The position numbers and the translations under genes were made by a program. The notes under the pieces were generated by a model. That model did no database searches, was not told where the DNA came from, and saw only the letters and a program-made list of their open reading frames with translations. This document shows, in pieces, positions 51,400 to 63,745 of a stretch of 64,000 nucleotides of DNA; positions within the stretch are counted from its first letter, which is position 1, and every line of letters starts with the position of its first letter. Source of the DNA: Octopus sinensis (Eukaryota); NCBI RefSeq assembly GCF_006345805.1, contig NC_043011.1, positions 23,076,464 to 23,140,463 of the forward strand. The letters run 5' to 3'.

Positions 51400-51782
51400 T
51401 ATACTGTGTGCAAACATACATACATACTCATACACGCCACACACACACTTACATATACAATATACACACACACACTTCATATACATATACCCACACTTAC
51501 ACACATATATATACCTCCACATATACATACATACATACATACATATTGCATACATACATACATACATGCATACATACACACACACATATATATATAATAC
51601 ATCTACACAACACATACATATACCTATATACATGTATATATACACACACAATATATATACGCCTCTACAGTTTGTATCTACACTCACCTACAAATGCAAC
51701 ATACACTCATATTAACACATATATAACATATACACACACACAATACATATACAATACATATATATATATATATGTCTACACA

Positions 51783-51833
<51 letters not shown>

Positions 51834-51900
51834 ATATACATACATACATGTACATATACATATACATACACACAATACAACACCCATACATATATCAACA
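49575..51900. repeat. ~2.3-kb compound (CA)/(TA)/(TACA) microsatellite-like tract
   Basis: Near-continuous alternating purine-pyrimidine sequence, interrupted by ~150 bp of unique sequence at ~50030-50180. Confidence 0.95.
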
Positions 51901-52150
51901 ATTGAGGGTAAGTTTAATTAGTTATTAATCAATTTCACCAAGTATTCAGTATGTAAAAGGACCATTATTTTTTGAGTAAATATGTCTGAGGGAAAATATT
52001 CTCTAAGTAGTGGAAGAGGCAAAAAACTTTTTTGGCTGCTATTTCTAGAAAGTTCAGTGTGTGGCAAAGTAATTTATTTTACTAAGCCCTAATTATATAA
52101 TATTTATACATACATAAATGTATAAATGCCAATACAATTCTTGTTAACTA

Positions 52151-52198
52151 CTTCCTGAAGATTTCTCTTGAATGAACAGTTCTAGTCCTGTAGAAGCT
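52151..52198 (+). ncRNA. Degenerate copy of the hammerhead-like motif at 49294
   Basis: cttc CTGAAGA tttctcttgaat GAAc agttctagtcctg TA gaag. One A of GAAA and one stem I base are missing. Confidence 0.5.
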
Positions 52199-52459
52199 CC
52201 TTCTATATAAAAATATAATATATACTATATATATATATAAATTTATTAGTGTACATTTAAGTATTTTTCATTTCCCTTTGAAATTGCTCTTAACTTGTGG
52301 TTGGGACTTTTTGACTGTTCTTTCTAGTATGTTAGGCAACCGTTACAGCTTGTACACTAAATTTTTATATGAAAAATTATGTCTATTGACTTTGTATATA
52401 TACTAGGTCACTGGTAGAAAAATTTATAATTTTTCTTACCCTACATTAATTTTACAAAA

Positions 52460-52790
52460 TTTGGCCTCCGTGCCAGTGGCATTAAAAAACACCATACATA
52501 CGATTGTGGCCATTGCCAGCCTCGCCTGGCCGCTGTGCCGGTGGCACGTAAAAAGCACCATCTGATCGTGGCCGTTGCCAGCCTCGTCTGGCACCTGTGT
52601 CGGTGGCACGTAAGAAGCACCCACTACACTCATGGAGTGGTTGGCGTTAGGAAGGGCATCCAGCCATAGAAAACATTGCCAGATCAGACTGGGCCTGGTG
52701 CAGCCTTCTGGCTTCCCAGACCCCAGTTGAACCGTCCAACCCATGCTAGCATGGAAAGCGGACGCTAAACGATGATGATGATGATGATGA
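52460..52790 (+). mobile_element. RTE-type 3' UTR fragment with internal ~63-bp tandem repeats and (GAT)n tail
   Basis: gtgccagtggca..aaaa.cacc motif occurs three times; ends ggacgctaaacgatgatgatg. Confidence 0.75.
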
Positions 52791-53342
52791 TATATGAAAT
52801 TATAGATTGCACTCGCATGTACATTTATACACCTGTGGAACTTAATATCATGTAAACCAAATGCCTTTATTTTTCATTTTATATGTATATGCAGATCCTT
52901 AATGCTTTGCATGGTACTGTGGTTCTATTGTTGTTCGTGTTTTTGTTATTATGTTGCTAACCGTGTGATGCATATATTGTTTTGCTAGTATTAGTGTTAT
53001 TAATAATAATAATAATGATATTAGTAGCAATAGTGGTAATGATAATAGTAATGATGTTAATATGAATGACATTTTGTAAATTAATATAATGTACTCTTGA
53101 CTTTGTATGTCTGCATTTGAGTATTAATATGTGTATGTTTTCTACATTGTATATCATAATATTAAGTTGAAAAACTGTAACATTGAATATGGAACATATG
53201 TTTGTATATGATTTATATTATTATGTATATGTATATATATATGTATAGGAGTATGAGTATATGATATATTATGGGTATGTACCCACACTTGTATGGGTGT
53301 GCCTACTCTGATATTCATATTTGATTTAGTTTGTATTTCATA

Positions 53343-53468
53343 ATCTCCGAAGAGGCCTTGGGATATTTTTGTAAGTGTCTCATTTATAACTACATACTGA
53401 CCTATCACACATGGCTATATGAGCAAAATGAGACACCCATATCTGCATGGCCGAAACAGCTGTAAGAT
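53343..53468 (+). ncRNA. Type I hammerhead-like motif with long stem II and CCGAAGA core
   Basis: atct CCGAAGA ggcc [~90 nt incl. gtgtctcattt/aaatgagacac 11-bp helix] ggcc GAAA c agct g TA^ agat. Palindromic stem III cagctg. Confidence 0.6.
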
Positions 53469-53686
53469 GTAGTTTTATTTATATTTTTATGTTCTCTTAT
53501 ACATACTGTACTTATTGTACCATATTACTCCTTCATGTACACTGTTTTGTTCTATATATTATGTTTGACCTTAATGTTCATATGTAGTGGTTTAATAAAT
53601 TATGTGATTGGGTATATCTGGTAGTTGATAATTGATTTAGATGTATTTCTCCATTTTCTTATTTTGTATATATATATATATATATA

Positions 53687-53723
<37 letters not shown>

Positions 53724-53999
53724 CACACTAGATGACGCACCCAGTAATTCCTGGGAAAGCGGGGCTTATCTCTTGGTTCCGTTCTCATAATTGTTTGATA
53801 ATCCAGTAACAACAATACAAAGTATGTAGCCCATAAAACAGTTTTTGTGCTTTTATTGAGAATACCGAACTGTCTTACACAGGATCTTATTTTTAGGAAT
53901 TCCCAATAAGTATGAATACCCAAATTGTGAAGTTAGATAGCAATGCCACAAACAAACACACCCACAGATTTCCACATAAGTAGAAGATATATGCTTCCT

Positions 54000-54310
54000 G
54001 GAGGTGCATGGCTTAGTGGCTAGGGTATTCATCTCAATGATCATAAGTTGTGAGTTTGATTTCTGGTGGCTGATTGTATCCTTGGGCAAGATACTTTATT
54101 TCACATTGCTCCAGTTCACTCAGCTGGCAAAAATGAGTAGCATCTGCATTTCAAAGGGCCAGCCTAGTCACTCTCTGTGTGATGTAGTATCTCTCTGGGA
54201 ACTATGTTAAGGGTATGCATGTCTGTGAAGTGCTCAGCCACTTGCACGTTAATAGCACAAGCAGGTTGATCTGTTGATCGGATCAACTGGAACCCGCAGC
54301 ATCATAACTG
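54000..54310 (+). mobile_element. SINE head A + tail X
   Basis: Homologous along its length to 19115-19434. Confidence 0.85.
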
Positions 54311-54314
54311 AGAC

Positions 54315-55980
54315 AGCGCCAGTTTTTTCATGTGCTATCCAAGATGAGATGCAGTTGAGTTTTGTGCCAAGAAGAAGCACTGCTGATGCTATCTTTCTAG
54401 TAAGGCAGCTACAGAAAAACCACTTGGCCAAAAACAAAAACCCCTGTATTTGGGTTTGTTGATATGAAGAAAGTTTTGACAGGGTGCTCTGCTCCCTTAT
54501 TTTGTGGGCAATGTAGAGAGATGGATAGATGAGTGGTTGGTGAGGGCTGTACAAACCATGTACCGGGATGCAGTCAGTAAGGTGAAAGTCGGTAATGAGT
54601 ATAGCAAGGAATTTAGTGTACAGGTAGGAGTTCACCAGGGATCTATTCTCAGCCAACTCTTGTTTATCATAGTACTCCAGACCATAAACAGAAGAATTTA
54701 AGGCAGGCTGACCTTGAGAACTCCTCTATGCTGATAATTTGGTTCTTATTGTTGAATCACTATCAGAACTAGATAAGAAATTTCAGGTGTGGAAGCAAGT
54801 CTGAGATCAAAGGGTCTTAGAATTAATTTAGCAAAGACCAAAATCCTAGTAAATAGGAAACCAGGCAAATCACTGATACCTTCAGGAAGATGGTCCTGCT
54901 TGATGTAGAAAAGGTGTTAGTAAAAACTCCATATGGTGCACCAGGTACAACTATGACACTTATGAAATGCAGTGGTACCTCAAGAAATTTAACAGAGAAT
55001 GTGGTCTTATATGTGGCAGATGTGCAGGTACATTAAACACCAGGAATGTACCGAAAATGGACTCCTTCGAATGTTCAGGAGAATCCTCAGAAGTGGTAGA
55101 GACAGTTTCCATTACCTAGGCAACCAAGTTAGCAGTGGAGGTGGTAGTTCTAAAAGTGTAGCTGCTAAAATAAGAACAGGCTGGGCAAAGTTCAGAGAGC
55201 TTTTACTTTTGTTGGTAACACAAGGGTCTCTCCCAGAATGAAAGGCAGATTTATTTATGATGCCTGTGCACAAACAGCTATGCTACATGGCAGTGAGGCA
55301 TGGGCTGTGGCTAGAGGATGTATGAAGGCTTGAAAGAAATTAAGTCAGCATGCTCCACTGGACAGGTAATGTCAGTGTGTGTAAGATAGAGTGAGAGTGA
55401 TTTGAGAGAAAAACTAGGTATACAAGGCATCAGATGTAGTGTTCAAGAGAGAAGACTGTGTAGTATGGTCATGTGATGCATATGGATGAAGACAACTGCA
55501 TTAATCTCTAATTGTGAAGGGAACATGTGGAAAGGGCAGACCCAGGATGATGTGAGATAAAGTGGTGAGAAAGGATTTTCAGATGTTGGGCCTCAAAGAA
55601 GAGGTGACAAGGGACTGAGACTTCTGGTTGTTTGCTAGGGACGACACAGCAAGCTAAGTAAATCATGGCTATCCATGCATAGCTGAGAGAAGGGTGTAGA
55701 AGAAATGCCTTCTACATCCCTCTCTCAGCCAAGAGAACCTAGTCTTGTGGACTTATGGGTGCTGGTGCCATGAAAAAGTGCCTGGGCCAGTACCACATAA
55801 AAGCACCCAGTACTCTGTAAAGTGATTGGAGTTAGGAAGGGTATCCAGCTGTAGAAAGCATGCCAAAACAGTAAAATGGAGCCTTGGCAGCCATCCAGCT
55901 AGCCAACTCCTGTCAAACCATCCAACCGTTGCCAGCATGGAGAATGGACATTAAAAGACAATAACGATGATGATGATAAT
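54315..55980 (+). mobile_element. 5'-truncated, decayed RTE LINE with 3' UTR
   Basis: DEMQLSFVPRRSTADAIFLVRQLQ, IDEWLVRAVQTMYRDAVSKV, VGVHQGSILSQLLFIIVLQ, LYADNL, YLGNQVSSGGG..KIRTGWAKFREL; (GAT)n tail. Confidence 0.9.
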
Positions 55981-56103
55981 GGGTGGGTGCAGTACTCAGA
56001 GAACCTACCTTAAGATAGCACTTGTCAAGACAGACAGGGTGTATTAGATATCTAAACTTTTGGGACCCATTCCTTTGTTAGTCTAATTTTCTTCTTCTTT
56101 CTA

Positions 56104-56309
<206 letters not shown>

Positions 56310-57170
56310 TCCACTAAGACTAATATACTAACTACTGACTCTGAAGGCAAGTTAAATTAGGTAGGATCTGAACTTTAAGTGCAGAAGTTGAAATGAATAC
56401 CATATGACATTTTATATCTGACATTCTAATTTCTACTACCAATTCACCTGTGATATGTATACATACATACATTTTAAACACACCAAATACATATGTGGGG
56501 AGAGAGACAGAAGAGAGACTGGGTTAACAGAATACTGAGTTATAAACTCAACTATTTACTTACAGTAATGTGTGTTGTTATGTGAGACTGACATATCCAG
56601 TATCTATATTTATAATAAATTCAAAATAGATATGATTTGGTATGAATGAATGAATGACAAAAAAAATGAAATTCATTTTTAAATACACTTGAAATGAAAT
56701 CTCCTTAATTTAACAAAAGTGAACCCCCACCTCACTTCAAGTTTCTATGGAGACCTGATAGCAACCAATCTCCTTTCTGCTTTCTTTTAAATCAAACAAC
56801 ATACCCACTATTAGCACCAAACAACAACTGCCAAACAATTGTTTAACCTCAATTTTCAGTATGACTAAAATCAACACCTCAAGACTTGACTTTTTTTTTC
56901 TCTGCAGACTATACATATCTTAACCTCAAGCTAATTTGACTATGAAATCTAAGACAGTGTGCTGTGCTCTTATCTAGAACAGTACATCTAATCTAATTTA
57001 AGATATTCTAATGAACCAATGAAAAGGACTTATGGTTTGACAACCAGATCTTCCTCATAAAGTTTAGATTTGCTAAATTCACACATGCCATCTACTATGA
57101 CACTATATAGCATTAAAAGGCCTTTACTAGACAACTGACCCAAGTACATCACATATGACTTATTACTTAA

Positions 57171-58258
57171 CCCTTTCATTACTATATTTCTGACTAAAAT
57201 ACTCCTTATGTGTTTCAATTAATTTCTAACATAATCATAAATTTAGTCTGGTTTCATTAAACAACTATAACTTTTTTATTTATCAATATATTAATGTGAT
57301 TTTTGGAAGATAATTTAATGAAATGTTCTATCTATACCTAATAATTTTTGTTCACAAGTGACTCTAATTGCAGGTAGATACAGGTAAATCTCAACAAAAT
57401 ACAAATTATTAAAATTTTGTTCAACATCGCTATAGAAATAGGGTTATTAGCTAATATTCTAATTGGGTTACAACCCAAATGTTTACGAATAGAATTGTTT
57501 ATTCACTGTGGTAACTTTCTGATACCCTAATAATATTTATGGCAAAATAGGCCTTAATATCTATTTTAAGGTTGTGGGAAACAACAACTATCCTTCCTTT
57601 CTTTCGCTTTGTCTTTCCATGGTAGCGCTAACGGTTCGTTTCCGCCGTAATGATTTCAAATAGGCTCATTCGAAAAAGTAAAAAGAAATAGTCTAAGGCT
57701 TTTACTCTTCTGGGAAGTCTGGGCTTGTCCCTTTTCTTCAAAAAATCACTGAAAGAAACAGTTTTTGCAATTTTCATTCCATTCAGGTGCCAATTCAATT
57801 TCTTTATCGCTGTTCGGAGCTCTCGGATTCATTTTCGGAAATGAAACATCGGATTCATTATCAAATACCACGTGCTTTTTTTTTTCAGCTCAGTCATCGA
57901 GTCAGATTTTATCAAGGTCTTCAGAGAAAATCCTTCGAATTCTGACTCGCTGCTTGATATAATGAAATTCATATCCATTTTTTTGTCAGAATTACAAATT
58001 TTGAAAACACATTGGAACAAATTTCGGGAAAAAATCTCCCAAAATTCACGGAATTAAAATTACACTTCGATCGTTGTACAAAACTGTAGATGAACTGTTT
58101 ACGAAGTATAATCACGTGTTTTCACAAATGTACTAAAGAGAATTGCTCTGATATTCTCATTTAAATATGAATAGGTAAATTCGGGCGGCTTTGGGCGGTT
58201 TGGTCACATTAACCAAAATTTTTTTCAGGTGGCTTTGGGCGGTTTGGTAACGAAAGGG
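57171..58258. mobile_element. Non-autonomous piggyBac element (~1.1 kb)
   Basis: TTAA at 57167-57170 and 58259-58262. TIRs ccctttcattac / gtaacgaaaggg. Duplicated subterminal ggctttgggcggtttggt. Acidic SSSESEFEGFS peptide on the minus strand. Confidence 0.85.
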
Positions 58259-58399
58259 TTAACTCCTCAGCAATGTCCTGCAAATCACATACATCTCTTC
58301 AAAAACATCAGCAACAGTGAGAGCAGCAATAAACCAACAACAAATTGTTGCTGAACAACATACAGTCAAAACTTGAAATGGTCTTAGAAAGAAACCAAA

Positions 58400-58760
58400 A
58401 TGTCATCATCGTCATCATCATTTAAGTTCTGTTTACCATGGTAGCATGGGTTGGACAGTTTGTCCAGGGGCAGCACCAGGCTCCAATGTCTATTCAGGAT
58501 TGGTTTCTACAGCTAGATGCTCTTCCTAATGCCGACCACTCCACAGAGTGTACTGGGTACTTTTTAAGTGGCACCAGCAATGACATCAATTCTACTGTGG
58601 TGGACAAGTCTTCTTGAGTACAGCAAGACACCAGATATCTCAGTCTTTAGTCATCTCCTTCATAAGGTTCAGTGTCTTGAAATTGGCCTTCAATACTTTG
58701 TCCCTTGTCTTCCACAACTTCCATCCACTTTAAAGTGATCGTCACTTATGTATGCAACTG
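58400..58760 (-). mobile_element. RTE 3' fragment
   Basis: (CAT)n tail and 3' UTR as at 47270. Confidence 0.65.
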
Positions 58761-59169
58761 TCCAAGGGAAAAAATTTGTCTACCTTTGGACAGTTCTTAA
58801 CAACCAGAAGAATTATTATTGGAAGTCTGGACAGAAATCTACAGAGTCTATAAACTTATTAAATGCTTTCAACTCTCTCCACCAAGGTAAAAAAGGAATA
58901 AATTCTTCTTATAAATGGTATACTTCAAGAAGTAGTAGCAGTGGTAATAATACTTGACAAGAACACAAAAGCTGAAGTATGAATACTACCATCTTAAAAT
59001 GAATAAATAAATTTGATAATGTATCCATGAATATAATATGATAGAAAAGGAAATTTAGGATAGTTGTAGTTTGAACTATAAATAATGCAGATTAATAAAA
59101 TATGAAAATTCAAATTAACATTAGTGTAGTCATTCTTGTCTTTTCAGGCATCCTGCCTAATATTGTGAA

Positions 59170-59510
59170 CTCCTAAAGGACCAAGATACCTGGTGCCTTG
59201 CTGTACTCAAGAAGACCCATCCTCCACATTAGAAGTGTTAAGGCTGCATCCCCTGGTAAAGAGGATTGGCCTGCAAGAGTCCAATGCCAATCCCACATAA
59301 AAAGAACTTGTGCTGGTGCCACGTAAAGGCAACCGTTGCCAGTGACATATAAAAGCATCCAGGACACACTGCCAAGTGGTTGGGCAAGCTATAGAAACCA
59401 AGCTAAATCAGACTGGAACCTGGTGCAGCACTCCAGCTTGCCAACTTTGTTCAAGCCATCCAGCTCATGCCAGCATGGAAAACAGGCTTTAAACGATGAT
59501 GTTGATGATA
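59170..59510 (+). mobile_element. RTE-type 3' UTR fragment
   Basis: ggtgccacgtaaaggc...ccagcatggaaaacagg..aacgatgatg. Confidence 0.6.
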
Positions 59511-60294
59511 ACGAAGAATATATTTACAAACCATCACATTTAAAATGAAATTTAGTTAGTTAAAAATCTGTGTGGGCAGACACGCATAAATGTGAGAGTT
59601 ATGCAAATGACAATACTAGTCTTAATTTTACCATTAACTCTAAATGGGAGGGTAAGGAGGTGTATAACTGATTATTAGACAGTGCTCATCTAATAATATA
59701 CAGAGCTGAGAGATACATGCAGACACAGGTGTAAATAGATACAGTGAGCAGTACGCAATTATAAACGATACACCAAAAGTAAAAATAAATTTCTGTGGGT
59801 TACACCTTAAAGCATCAGATCTAATGCCAAACTAAATGTTGATTAAATAACAGTACCACATCAATTCCAAAATAACAATATGGATGTATATGTGCATGTG
59901 TTTGTGTGAGTGTGTGTGTGCAAAGAAATAAGAAAGCACCAACATTCTCACAGAGCAGTCCGACTGCAAAACTCTGTGCATAGGGCAGAGGTGTACAGGG
60001 TGTGCCAAGCTATTTTTAATAATGAGATTTAATGCCAACACGCATTAATTATCAACAGCCTAACTCATTTAAAAATTCAGTTGTTGCAACAGCTGCACAA
60101 GGCTTCTCAAGTGAATGCAGTGTTTATATTGGTTAGTCACTAGACCCATTTAATATTCCCCAAATTGGAATGTCATGTAGATGTCATGAACAACATCTCT
60201 TCCTACCAATGTTAAGTATTTGTCTGTAATGTAAATCCATGCAATGTCTGTAATATAAGTCTGTTGAATTAATGATTTTATATATATATATATA

Positions 60295-60430
60295 CTTTAT
60301 ATAAAGCAGCAGAAAATTCAACAAAACCTGTTACTCTGAGTTTCCTGTTGCCGTAAAAACTGTCCGATGAACGGCAACGGGAAACTTAGAGTAACAGGTT
60401 TTGTTGAATTTTCTGCTGCTTTAAATAAAG
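60295..60430. repeat. ~60-bp-arm near-perfect hairpin overlapping a hammerhead-like motif (60360-60397, +)
   Basis: 60295-60354 is the reverse complement of 60371-60430. Plus strand ctgt CCGATGA acggcaacgg GAAA c ttaga g TA^ acag. Confidence 0.85.
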
Positions 60431-60534
60431 CATATTACTCTACCACTGGTATTTGAGTACTCTTTTTTCCACCTTGTTTCACATTTATGTGTTTACTCCG
60501 GTATATATATATATATATATATATACACATACAC

Positions 60535-60911
60535 AGGCACAGGAGTGGCTGTGTGGTAAGTAGCTTGCCTACTAACCACATAGTTCCAGGTTCAGTCCCA
60601 CTGCATGGCACCTTGGGCAAGCGTCTTCTACTATAGCCTCAGGCCAACCAAAGCCTTGTGAGTGAATTTGGTAGACAGAAACTGAAAGAAGCCTGTTGTA
60701 TTTACATGTACATGTTTGTATGTCTGTGTTTGTCCCCCACCATCGCTTGACAACCGATGTTGGTGTGTTTATGTCCCTGTAACCTAGTGGATCAGCAAAA
60801 AAGACTGATAGAATAAGTTCTAGGCTTACAAAGAATAAGTCCTGAGGTTGATTTGTTCAACTAAAGGTGATGCTCCAGCAAGGCCTCAGTCAAATGACTG
60901 AAACAAGTAAA

Positions 60912-60912
<1 letters not shown>
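60535..60912 (+). mobile_element. SINE family C, full length
   Basis: Homologous to 24508-24929. A diverged head-half copy follows at ~60955-61110. Confidence 0.9.
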
Positions 60913-60958
<46 letters not shown>

Positions 60959-61139
60959 TGTGTGGCAAAGAAGTTTGCTTCCTAGCCACATGGTTTCAGG
61001 TTTAATCGCAGTATGTGGCACACTAGGCAAATGTCTTCTACTACAGCCCCAGGTTGACAAAAGATCCACAAGTGGATTTGTTAGATGGAAACTGAAAAGA
61101 GACCATCATGTGTGTGTGTGTATGTATGTATGTATGTAT

Positions 61140-61500
61140 GTGCATCATCATCATTTAGTGTCCATTTTCCATGCTGGCATGGGTTAGACAGTTTGATCAG
61201 AACTGGTAAGCCAGAGAGCATCAGGATCCAGTCTGATTTGGCTTGGATTCTACAACTGGATGCTTTTCCTAATGCCAACCACTCCAAGAGTGTAGTGGGT
61301 GCCTTTTACGGGTCAACAGCACTGACCACAACTACGATTTCACTTGGCTTGACAAGTCTTCACAAGGACAGCAAATCAGCAAAGGTCGCGGTCATTTGCC
61401 ATCACCTCTGTAAGACCCAACAATCGAAGATCATGTCTCACCACCTCGTCCCATGTCTACCTGAGTCTACTTCTTCCACAGGTTCCCTCCACAAACAAAT
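61140..61500 (-). mobile_element. RTE 3' fragment
   Basis: (CAT)n tail, tggatgcttttcctaatgccaaccac, ORF end ctacttcttccacaggttcc. Confidence 0.65.
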
Positions 61501-61544
61501 GTAGTCATTAGTTAGTTACCTTCTCGAGACATGCCAACTCATAA

Positions 61545-61742
61545 GGGCCAATCTCCCTGTTTCCCACCTGGACAGGATGCCAGTCCATTACAGGATTACT
61601 CATTTTTGCCAGCTAAGTGGACTGAAGCAATGTGAAATGAAGTGTTTTGCTCAAGGACACAATGAACCACCAGTCTAGGAATTGAAACTATGATCTTATG
61701 ATCATGAATCAAACATCCTAACCACTAAGCCATGCGCCTCCA
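61545..61742 (-). mobile_element. SINE head A + Y-like tail
   Basis: Minus strand gaggcgcatggcttagtggttagg...tgtccttgagcaaaacacttc...tgtaatggactggcatcctgtccagg. Confidence 0.75.
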
Positions 61743-62029
61743 CAGACAGATATACAGATATCTTGATGTGTGCACATGCCTGTTTGTGACCTCTTGTTTT
61801 AGCATGGAATGATGGTCATACAAGTGGTCCCCTTTGCTTTTAATCTCATGTAAGAAGTCATCTGGCTATGGAGAAATATAACATTGCTTGAAATCAAGTG
61901 GTTTGGCGAAAGGAAGGGGATCTAGATGCATAAAAAATATACCACGACAAAACCCTGTCTGACCCATGCAAGCGTGGAAAAGCAGATGGTGCAACTGTGT
62001 GGCAGACTGACTGACTGATTGAAATGGGA

Positions 62030-62250
62030 AGGAAGGAGGGAAGGAATGGAGAAGAGAAGAAAGAAAAAAGGAAGGAAGAAAGAAAAGGAGGGAGGGAGGG
62101 AGGAAGAAAGAAAGAAAGAAAAAAGAGAGGGAAGGAAGGTAGGTAGACAAGAAGAAAGGTAGGCGGGAAGGAAGATATGTAGGAAGGTAGGTAAGTAGGA
62201 AGTGTGGGACAGTGAGAGGGGGAGAAAAAGGAAAAAGAAAGAAAGATTTG
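62030..62250. repeat. Purine-rich (GGAA/GAAA)-type low-complexity tract
   Basis: Direct inspection. Confidence 0.9.
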
Positions 62251-62959
62251 AACTTATGAAAGGGTGTATAAACTTGACTATGTTGTTTCCATTCTGCAGA
62301 ATATACAATAACACAATTTTTAAGCTTTGCAGTTATAATAACCAGCTTACAATATAAAAAGTCATTAGACAAGTTATGAAAAGGCTGCACTGAGCCTGTT
62401 ATTGAATAAAATAAGACTTAAGTGCAGCCTTTCAGGTAGCAGAAATATAACGAGCGTAAGCAGAAGTGGAAAGGTATTTGAGAGACTAATTAAATATATT
62501 ATCTTACAAGAAAACTGATAGCTATATGGAAGAAATAGCAGGCAAGGCAGTTGAAACTATACACATTTGTGTATTGCTTTACATTTATCTTTTCAGGTCA
62601 TCATTTGGCACATCTTTGAATTGCTGAAACTGCAAGCCAGCTGCAGACAATACAGACAGAGCCGAACGCTCAGAGCTTAGTTGTAGGTCTGAAAAGGAAC
62701 AGCAGACTACAGCATACGAGTGATCATAAAAAACACAAATTTCACAACTTGTGAAATAAAAACACTGATGTCACTTGGCACACTGCCTCATAAAGGTCAC
62801 TGCTAGCTCTCACTGCACAAACAACCATGTGTTGCCACCTGTTGGTGTGCTACAGAACTAATCTGGTTTTTTTGGGGGGTTTTTTTTTTTTAATACTACC
62901 TCATATGTATATAAGGTAGGGGGTTCTATATGAAAACAAAATATATGTGATTGGAAAAT

Positions 62960-63600
62960 GTAATGCAAGGGCAAACAGAGGTGGGAAGTGATGAAATCAA
63001 GGCGGTGAAGGAGTACATCTATGTAAGGTACTCAGTGAATATGAGCTGAGCTATGGATACTGAAATCTCAAAGAGAATAAGGGTAGGATGGAAGGCATTT
63101 AACTCAATAAAGTATGTGTTCCAAACAGAACTAAACAATGCCATACATGCCAGACTCTTCAATAGCACTGCCCTACCTATGCTCCTATATGCAAGTGAGA
63201 CATGGACTACTATGAAGAGGACTGAACATCTATTGGCTATGATACAAAGGGCCTTGGAAAGATTCTTGCTAGGAAGATCATTAAGAGAGGACATTTGAAA
63301 TGAGATAATTAGAGAATGGAATGAAGCAAACAATGTGATCAAAGAGTACCAAAAGCACAAGTTCTGCTGGGGCTGGACATGTCACAAGGTTCAGAGACAA
63401 CAAGCGGGTCTGTGCAGTGGCCAAGTGGTATCCAAGAGATTGGAAAAGGCCACTAGGAAAACCTCCATGATGATTTGGTGAAGCAATTTGGGTCAAAGAT
63501 GGAAAAAAAACAGTGCAATCAAGACAAAACTGGAAGCACATTGTGGCTAGCAGTGTGAAACATCTTCCAGCCAGTTTACATTTCCTCTCTCCCATCAACA
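62960..63600 (+). mobile_element. Decayed RTE-1-like LINE 3' part (different subfamily)
   Basis: EISKRIRVGWKAFNSIK...LFNSTALPMLLYASETWT...IQRALERFLLG, WAGHV, and W.P...KRPLG.P-like motifs. Confidence 0.8.
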
Positions 63601-63745
63601 TCTTGCTGAGGATATGTATAGTTAAAGAGCCTTTCTTACTACATAAAGGTTTATATAAATATGCTGACTGACAGTTGTTCGAATGTATGTATATATATAA
63701 ATGTGTATATATATATATGTATATAAATGTATATATATAAATGGG

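Noticed and set aside
49468-51905. Many 60-200 aa ORFs rich in Y/T/H/I or V/C/M
   Set aside because: Translations of microsatellites. Likewise at 19.2, 22.7, 34.1, 41.9, 48.3 and 56.1 kb.
59120-59165. GCLKRQE resembling an upstream RPIA exon (GCLTQEK)
   Set aside because: Stop codon follows at once, no donor site and no further similarity.
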